Shown in pieces: positions 58,321 to 64,000 of a stretch of 64,000 bases of DNA. The translations under genes were made by a program, and so were the position numbers. The DNA lies in NCBI GenBank assembly GCA_048887225.1, contig JBHLJY010000003.1:64001-128000 (forward strand), read 5' to 3'. The first letter of the stretch is position 1; each line of letters opens with the position of its first letter. The stretch comes from Candidatus Hodarchaeota archaeon (GTDB lineage: Archaea; Asgardarchaeota; Lokiarchaeia; Sigyniarchaeales; SOKP01). The notes under the pieces are model-generated. The model ran no database searches. It was given only the letters and a program-made list of their open reading frames with translations, and was not told the DNA's origin.

Positions 58321-60510
58321 TTACCACGATAATCCTTTAATAAATCGTAAATCACTTATTAATGCTCTTGATTCTTGTGGAGGGACTTCCAAAAAGGCAT
58401 AAAACTCATTCTGCCAAAAGGCCTTGCCTGAAGTTGTTGACCGTATATCTTCTGTAAACCTAATTGAATTTCTAACAGGTAATAAAATTTCAATAATAGC
58501 TTGAAAATCATTTTCTTGATTTATTTCTTTTATTTTTGCCGAATATTTTGTTAATATAGAAACGACATTTTTAATATATTCAGGAGGAAGTTGAATAATA
58601 GTATGATAAATTGGCTCCATTAGGATAAGTTCTGCTTCATTTAGCGCTTTTTTAATTGCATCATAAAACATCGCAGATAATTCAGTAAAGGCTGTGGATT
58701 CATCGAATCTAATCATATTTAAATCTTTAATAATAATTTTAAGTTCTGTTAGTTTTTCTCCACATAACGGGCCATTCAGACTGATCTTTTCCACTATCTC
58801 AATTATATGATTTTTAAAAATGTCATCTAATTCCGTGGTTCCTTGATAAATCAATATATTTTGATGGTCATCGCATTTCCAAAAATTCTCAATTTCCTCG
58901 TTTGAAAGATTAGTATTTTGTGCTAATGCATCCTTTAATCTATCGACTGGTTTAAATGCTTTATAATCATGTGTTTGAAAAAATTTTAAAGATTTATTGT
59001 CTAATCTCTCAATTTTAAGTATTAAATTATTATCATTATTAGGAGATAATACTTTTATCTCTGATGATTGAGTTCTACATGACTCCTTAAAAACTGGTCT
59101 TGGTTCCGAAGTCGTAACTTTTACGCCTCTTTTCTCAATATCATTTGCTGTAATTTCAAGATGCAGCGGACCCATTCCAGATAGTAAGAATTCTCCATTT
59201 TCTTCATTAATTTCAAATTTGAGATTTGGATCTTCTATTAAAAAATTCTCAATTAACTCCTTCAATTTATCTAAATCTCTTAAATATTCTGGTTCTATGG
59301 AGACTGTAACTACCGGTGTGGTTACATATTTTACGTTTTCAAAAGGTATCATCTTGTCAATGTAATTGGGATCTACTATTGTTTCACCACTCCGAATCTC
59401 TTTAAGTCCTTCAAGAGCCACAATATTCCCAACTGGAATTGCATCAACTTGTTCTCTCCTTTGTCCCATAAATATTGCTATTCGTTGAATTGTCTCAAAA
59501 TTATTTTCTCTTAACAGAAAAACTTCTTTTTTATTGGTACATTGACCGGAAAAAATTCTTCCGGTTGCTACTAATCTATTCTTATCAGCCTGAACCTTGC
59601 TCAAACAAATAATTAATGGTCCACTACGATCACAAGATGTCATTGCATTTCCTACTTCTGAATTAATATCTCCTTCATAGATTTTCTCAATTCTATATTT
59701 TTGGGCTTCCTTTGGATTAGGAAGATGATTTACGACCATTTCTAATATAGCTTTATATATAGGAAAATAAATAGCTAAATCAGCATGTTTTTCTTTAGTG
59801 TATGTTTCTTTTTTATATCGTTCTTTAATATCCTTAAATTTTATATTACTCTTATCTAAAATTTTTGAGGTAAATCCCCATTTGTGAAGTGCTGACCCAA
59901 AAGCTACATTCCCAGTCGCAGGGGACACTTTCCATTCTTCATTAAAAGGCGGATCAGCATATCTTTCTAAAAGAGTATTGAAATCTTTAATAATTCTTAC
60001 ATATTTTTTTCTAATTGCCTCATCTGATAGTTTTAATTCTCGTATCAGGCGATCTACTTTATTAATAAAAAGCACAGGTTTGACACCCTCTTGTAAGGCT
60101 TGTCTTATTACCGTTTCTGACTGAGTTATTATTTCTTCGACAGCATCAACAACGACGACTACACCATCTACTAATCTTAAGGCACGAGTAACCTTACCAC
60201 TAAAATCTAGGTGTCCTGGTGTATCCACTAAATTTATTAAAAATGGCTCTCGCTCTTCTAACGTTTTCTCATAGTAAAGGGAAATATTGGTCGATTTCAT
60301 TGTAATACCGCGCTTTTGTTCTTCTTCGAGATAATCTAAAGCTCGAGCCTCTCCTGCTAAATCCGGACTCAATAATCCAGCTTCACTGAGAAGTGAATCT
60401 GTTAATGTAGTCTTTCCATGATCTATATGGCCAACAAAACCGATATTTCTAATATTGTGAGTTTTTTCCATTAAATTCAAAATTTCTGAAATCTCCTTAC
60501 GACGAGGCAT
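58321..60510 (-). CDS. Elongation factor 2 paralogue (aEF-2p type, lacking the diphthamide motif)
   Basis: GHIDHGKTT, RGIT, DTPGH, NKVD, GMGPLHLE intact; domain-IV HRG loop replaced by IRFDESTAF. Confidence 0.88.
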   Translation of the reverse strand: MPRRKEISEILNLMEKTHNIRNIGFVGHIDHGKTTLTDSLLSEAGLLSPDLAGEARALDYLEEEQKRGITMKSTNISLYYEKTLEEREPFLINLVDTPGHLDFSGKVTRALRLVDGVVVVVDAVEEIITQSETVIRQALQEGVKPVLFINKVDRLIRELKLSDEAIRKKYVRIIKDFNTLLERYADPPFNEEWKVSPATGNVAFGSALHKWGFTSKILDKSNIKFKDIKERYKKETYTKEKHADLAIYFPIYKAILEMVVNHLPNPKEAQKYRIEKIYEGDINSEVGNAMTSCDRSGPLIICLSKVQADKNRLVATGRIFSGQCTNKKEVFLLRENNFETIQRIAIFMGQRREQVDAIPVGNIVALEGLKEIRSGETIVDPNYIDKMIPFENVKYVTTPVVTVSIEPEYLRDLDKLKELIENFLIEDPNLKFEINEENGEFLLSGMGPLHLEITANDIEKRGVKVTTSEPRPVFKESCRTQSSEIKVLSPNNDNNLILKIERLDNKSLKFFQTHDYKAFKPVDRLKDALAQNTNLSNEEIENFWKCDDHQNILIYQGTTELDDIFKNHIIEIVEKISLNGPLCGEKLTELKIIIKDLNMIRFDESTAFTELSAMFYDAIKKALNEAELILMEPIYHTIIQLPPEYIKNVVSILTKYSAKIKEINQENDFQAIIEILLPVRNSIRFTEDIRSTTSGKAFWQNEFYAFLEVPPQESRALISDLRFIKGLSW

Positions 60511-60589
60511 ATTCTTTTATAAAATTATAACAAGGTTTATGTTTTAATCTAATTCTCCATGAGATTAAAGTTTTGGTATTAAAATAGGA

Positions 60590-60683
60590 GGGAAATGATT
60601 TTCAATTCACCACTCAAGATCTTCTACATTTATCGAAATCGATTTCAGATGGGTCAGAGAGTACATTTTAAAAATCATTTCCC
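60590..60683. repeat. 13-bp perfect inverted repeat enclosing a 12-bp palindrome (candidate structured RNA or regulatory element)
   Basis: GGGAAATGATTTT (60590-60602) / AAAATCATTTCCC (60671-60683); GAAATCGATTTC at 60635-60646. Confidence 0.7.
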
Positions 60684-60702
60684 ATGGATAAATAAATAAA
60701 AA

Positions 60703-61335
60703 TTATAATTTAACCTCACCATCAATACGGACAATTCTTCCATCAATATGCAATCGATTATCACAAAATAATTCTATAGCTTTTGGAAATGCTTTATGCT
60801 CCCATTTTAATATTCTAGGTCCTAAAGTTTCTTTAGTATCCGTATCATAAACAGGTACGCATTTTTGAATAATAATAGGGCCATGGTCCGCATGGACGTC
60901 TACAAAATGGACTGTAACTCCTGAAACTTTTACACCATAAGCTAATGCATCTTCATGACCATGCATTCCTCGGAAAGATGGCAAAAGAGCTGGGTGAATG
61001 TTCATTACATTCCCGTTAAAATGTTTTATAAACAACTGACTTACTAACCGCATATATCCAACAAGTACAATAAGCTCGCATTCATATTCATCTAGTACTT
61101 TAATCATCTTTTGGTCAAATTCCTCTCTAGTACCTTTATGTTTGTCTGATTCTATCAGGAAATAAGGAATATTATGATTCTTAGCGCGTTCCAGACTATA
61201 TGCTCCAGCTTTATTGCATATTAATACCTCTACTGAAGCTTTGTCTTTTAAAATTCCAGTTTCGGTTGCTTGAACTATTGCTTCAAAATTTGAGCCACTA
61301 CCCGAAGCTATTGCACCAATTTTTAAAGTTGCCAT
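60703..61335 (-). CDS. purN: Phosphoribosylglycinamide formyltransferase
   Basis: ASGSGSNFEAI, GYMR, NIHPALLPSF.G, GVTVHFVD..DHGPII.Q. Confidence 0.95.
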   Translation of the reverse strand: MATLKIGAIASGSGSNFEAIVQATETGILKDKASVEVLICNKAGAYSLERAKNHNIPYFLIESDKHKGTREEFDQKMIKVLDEYECELIVLVGYMRLVSQLFIKHFNGNVMNIHPALLPSFRGMHGHEDALAYGVKVSGVTVHFVDVHADHGPIIIQKCVPVYDTDTKETLGPRILKWEHKAFPKAIELFCDNRLHIDGRIVRIDGEVKL

Positions 61336-61653
61336 AATAGTATTTAATATTCAATTTAAAAAAAAATTGTATAAATTAATGCAGAAATGAAAATATAGCT
61401 TCTATTTAAATATAATCAAAAGATTTTTATTTGACAAGTATATATTTTACTTAGAAATTTAGAAATTGTTTTTTTAAATTTAATTCTCTTATAAAATAAG
61501 ATCCAAGAGAATTGTAAATTGTTTGTTCCGAAAATACCATTAACATATAATCAAAACATATTCACATATAAATGAACTTTATAGTGAAATAAATAATAAT
61601 TTCAATACATAATATCATGTTTAATTGTTTAATTTAAAATAGAGTGATGAAAT

Positions 61654-63564
61654 TTGAGTTATGAAAGTGAATTACAAAGAATCAAGCAAGAAATAATTCA
61701 AAACCTACCTAAGGAAATAAACGTTAAAAATATTGAATTTGAGGGCCCTGAAATCGCAGTGTACTCCGAGAATTCAGATTTAAGCATTACTGATAACTCA
61801 AATGTTTTAAAAGATTTAGCAAAGTTAATGAGAAAAAGAGTTGTTTTTCGCTGGAATGTTGATAAAAGAATGGAACCAAGCGAAACTGAAGAATATATAA
61901 GAAGTCTTGTTGGAGAGGAAGCAGAAATTTCTGCTATTGAATTCGATCATACGAGAGGTGAAGTCATAATAGAGTCTTTAAAACCTGGGTTAGTTATCGG
62001 TAAAAAAGGAGTTAATTTAAAAGAAATACGGGCTAATACATTTTGGCAACCAAAAACAATTCGAACGCCTCCATTAACGTCAAGGACTATTCAGTTGATT
62101 AGAGGCATGCTTAAGAAGGAGCGTGGTCATCAGAAGGAAGTTCTTCTTAAGATTGGGAAAAGAATACATCGTCCAACACTTTTTAACGATTTAAGCATAA
62201 GAATGACTTCTTTAGGAGGATTTAGAGAAGTCGGTAGATCATGTATATTGATGCAAACAAAAGATAGTGACGTCTTAATTGATTGTGGATTAAATGTCGG
62301 CAATCCTAACGAAAGTTTCCCGTTCTTCGATATTCGAGAGTTTTCATTAAGAGATTTAGATGCTGTAATTATATCTCATGCACATTTAGATCACTGTGGA
62401 CTAGTTCCATTTCTCTTCAAATATGGTTATAAAGGCCCCGTATATTCTACATTGCCTACAAGGAATTTATCTACTATGTTACAATTGGATTATATTCAAA
62501 TTTGCGAAAAGGAAGGAATCTACCCTCCATATTCAAAAAGGGATGTGAAGACAACAGTCTTACATACCATCCCTCTATCATGGGGAAAAGTAACTGATAT
62601 AGCTCCAGATATTAAATTAACACTTCACAATTCTGGACATATATTAGGTTCTTCTTTAGTACATTTACATTTTGGAAAGGGAGGATATAATTTTGTTTAT
62701 ACAGGTGATTTTAAATTTCAGAAAACAAGACTCCTTGAAAAAGCTGCGGTTAAATTCCCTAGAGTTGAAAGCTTGCTTATTGAAGCCACTTATGGTGGCC
62801 CACAAGATCGAATCCCAAGTCGACATGAATCAGAGAAAGAACTTAAACAAATCTTAACTACAACGATTAAAAAAGGAGGGAAAATTTTAATACCAGTTTT
62901 AGCTGTAGGCAGAGCTCAAGAATTAATTATAATTTTAGAAGAATTAATATCTAAAGGTATTATAGAAAAAGTCCCAATATTTCTTGATGGATTAATTAGT
63001 GAAGCTACAGCAATACATACTGCTAATCCTGATTTTCTTAGTAGTGATCTCAGAGAAAAGATTTTACATCAAGGAAAAAATCCATTTTTATCTGATTTTT
63101 TCACTACTGTAGCTTCCCACGAAGAAAGGTTAGATATTATTAAGGGCGGACCGTGTATTATCATGGCAACAAGTGGAATGCTCATTGGAGGGCCTTCAGT
63201 TCAGTACCTAAAAGGGCTCGCAAACGATAACACTAATTCGCTAATTTTTGTATCTTATCAAGTAGCTGGCACGCTAGGAAATAGAATTCAAAGAGGTTTT
63301 AAAGAATTTCAATATGTAGATGCAAAAGGAAGAACTCAACTAGTAAAATTAAATTTAAAGGTATTCACACTCGAGGGATTCAGTGGTCATAGTTCACGTA
63401 GTCAAATTTCTCAATTTTTAAGAAGGATTCAGCCTAGGCCGAAATTAGTTATCACAAATCACGGAGAAGCTACAAAGTGTGTAAGTCTATCAACCATGAT
63501 TCACAAGAAACTAAGGAAAGCAACCAAGGCTCCACAAAACCGAGAGACGATTCTATTGAAATAA
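61654..63564 (+). CDS. fttA: Beta-CASP ribonuclease aCPSF1 / transcription termination factor FttA
   Basis: EFEGPEI, KH motif PGLVIGKKG, EVGRSC, SHAHLDHCG, GHILGS, AVGRAQE, GFSGHS. Confidence 0.95.
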   Translation: MSYESELQRIKQEIIQNLPKEINVKNIEFEGPEIAVYSENSDLSITDNSNVLKDLAKLMRKRVVFRWNVDKRMEPSETEEYIRSLVGEEAEISAIEFDHTRGEVIIESLKPGLVIGKKGVNLKEIRANTFWQPKTIRTPPLTSRTIQLIRGMLKKERGHQKEVLLKIGKRIHRPTLFNDLSIRMTSLGGFREVGRSCILMQTKDSDVLIDCGLNVGNPNESFPFFDIREFSLRDLDAVIISHAHLDHCGLVPFLFKYGYKGPVYSTLPTRNLSTMLQLDYIQICEKEGIYPPYSKRDVKTTVLHTIPLSWGKVTDIAPDIKLTLHNSGHILGSSLVHLHFGKGGYNFVYTGDFKFQKTRLLEKAAVKFPRVESLLIEATYGGPQDRIPSRHESEKELKQILTTTIKKGGKILIPVLAVGRAQELIIILEELISKGIIEKVPIFLDGLISEATAIHTANPDFLSSDLREKILHQGKNPFLSDFFTTVASHEERLDIIKGGPCIIMATSGMLIGGPSVQYLKGLANDNTNSLIFVSYQVAGTLGNRIQRGFKEFQYVDAKGRTQLVKLNLKVFTLEGFSGHSSRSQISQFLRRIQPRPKLVITNHGEATKCVSLSTMIHKKLRKATKAPQNRETILLK

Positions 63565-63652
63565 ATACTCTATTTCTTTTTAGAAAACTAATTTTTTTTA
63601 AAAAGCAATTATTTTTAGAATTATCAAAAAGACTATCCCTAAGTGGTATTTT

Positions 63653-64000
63653 TTGAGTAAAATAGTATCTAAACTAGCATCTAATAAAACTACTATAGTT
63701 AGGCGAATCGTTCAGATTTCTGCATTTCTTTTTATAAATTATGTTATAATTGAGATCATTTTTTCAATTAATTTGAAAAGTTTTGAAGTTTTAGTAAAAG
63801 CTCTTCCGATTTTAAACTCACCCCGTAACCCACTTTCAAAAGGAGCAGGACTTGTAGAATACTTATTCCATTCTTTTGCGGAAGGAAAATTTCCATTTTT
63901 AATTTTGGCTATATTTATATTATTTATTTTGTTTACAAGTAGATTTTTTTGTGGGTGGATTTGCCCTGTGGGAACTATCCAAGATGGTTTATCCACACTT
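63653..64000 (+). CDS. Membrane 4Fe-4S-binding protein (NapH/MauN/YccM-like), 5' part, runs off the window
   Basis: Open frame from TTG at 63653: RRIVQ...TM...RFFCGWICPVGTIQD; absent from the ORF track because it is incomplete. Confidence 0.85.
   Translation, partial: MSKIVSKLASNKTTIVRRIVQISAFLFINYVIIEIIFSINLKSFEVLVKALPILNSPRNPLSKGAGLVEYLFHSFAEGKFPFLILAIFILFILFTSRFFCGWICPVGTIQDGLSTL

Noticed and set aside
58321-60510. Canonical EF-2 (fusA)
   Set aside because: The diphthamide loop is absent and the gene is not beside rps7/rps12
60590-60683. SECIS element
   Set aside because: The AUGA is fully Watson-Crick paired (no GA/GA quartet), and neither flanking gene has an in-frame UGA
854-62857. 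Numerous short overlapping or antisense ORFs in the track (e.g. 854, 2592, 7909, 8452, 8654, 9316, 9813, 12886, 15365, 22734, 32960, 53206, 57185, 62672)
   Set aside because: They overlap well-supported genes in other frames or strands and have no recognisable motifs
63739-63996. 85-aa minus-strand ORF
   Set aside because: Shadow of the plus-strand 4Fe-4S membrane protein starting at 63653
1-64000. CRISPR arrays, IS elements, integrases or a tRNA-anchored island
   Set aside because: I saw no regularly spaced repeats, transposase/integrase motifs or duplicated tRNA 3' ends; the repeats found are paralogue or intragenic duplications

Overview
AT-rich archaeal chromosomal window, most likely Lokiarchaeia (Asgard). 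The assignment rests on SepCysS, L37e+Sm, a proteasome beta subunit, aCPSF1/FttA, a diphthamide-less EF-2 paralogue, and Roadblock and longin-like proteins. It holds about 62 CDSs and 2 tRNAs, and I saw no CRISPR array or mobile element. Highlights: (1) a candidate soluble inositol-polyphosphate locus at 31.7-43.1 kb, with myo-inositol-1-P synthase, four ITPK1-like ATP-grasp kinases and two tandem HAD phosphatases with long Lys-rich tails; (2) a tRNA-Leu(UAA) split by two 30-nt non-canonical BHB introns; (3) a complete but divergent A/V-ATPase operon (K-C-H-F-E-A-B-D-I); (4) several conserved genes that appear to start at ATT, ATA or ACG; (5) an Ltp4/Ltp3 + 2xDUF35 sterol-side-chain-like aldolase module; (6) an HhH-FKBP fusion; (7) a structured inverted-repeat element upstream of the EF-2 paralogue. 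All family assignments come from motif recognition by eye, and no database search was run.
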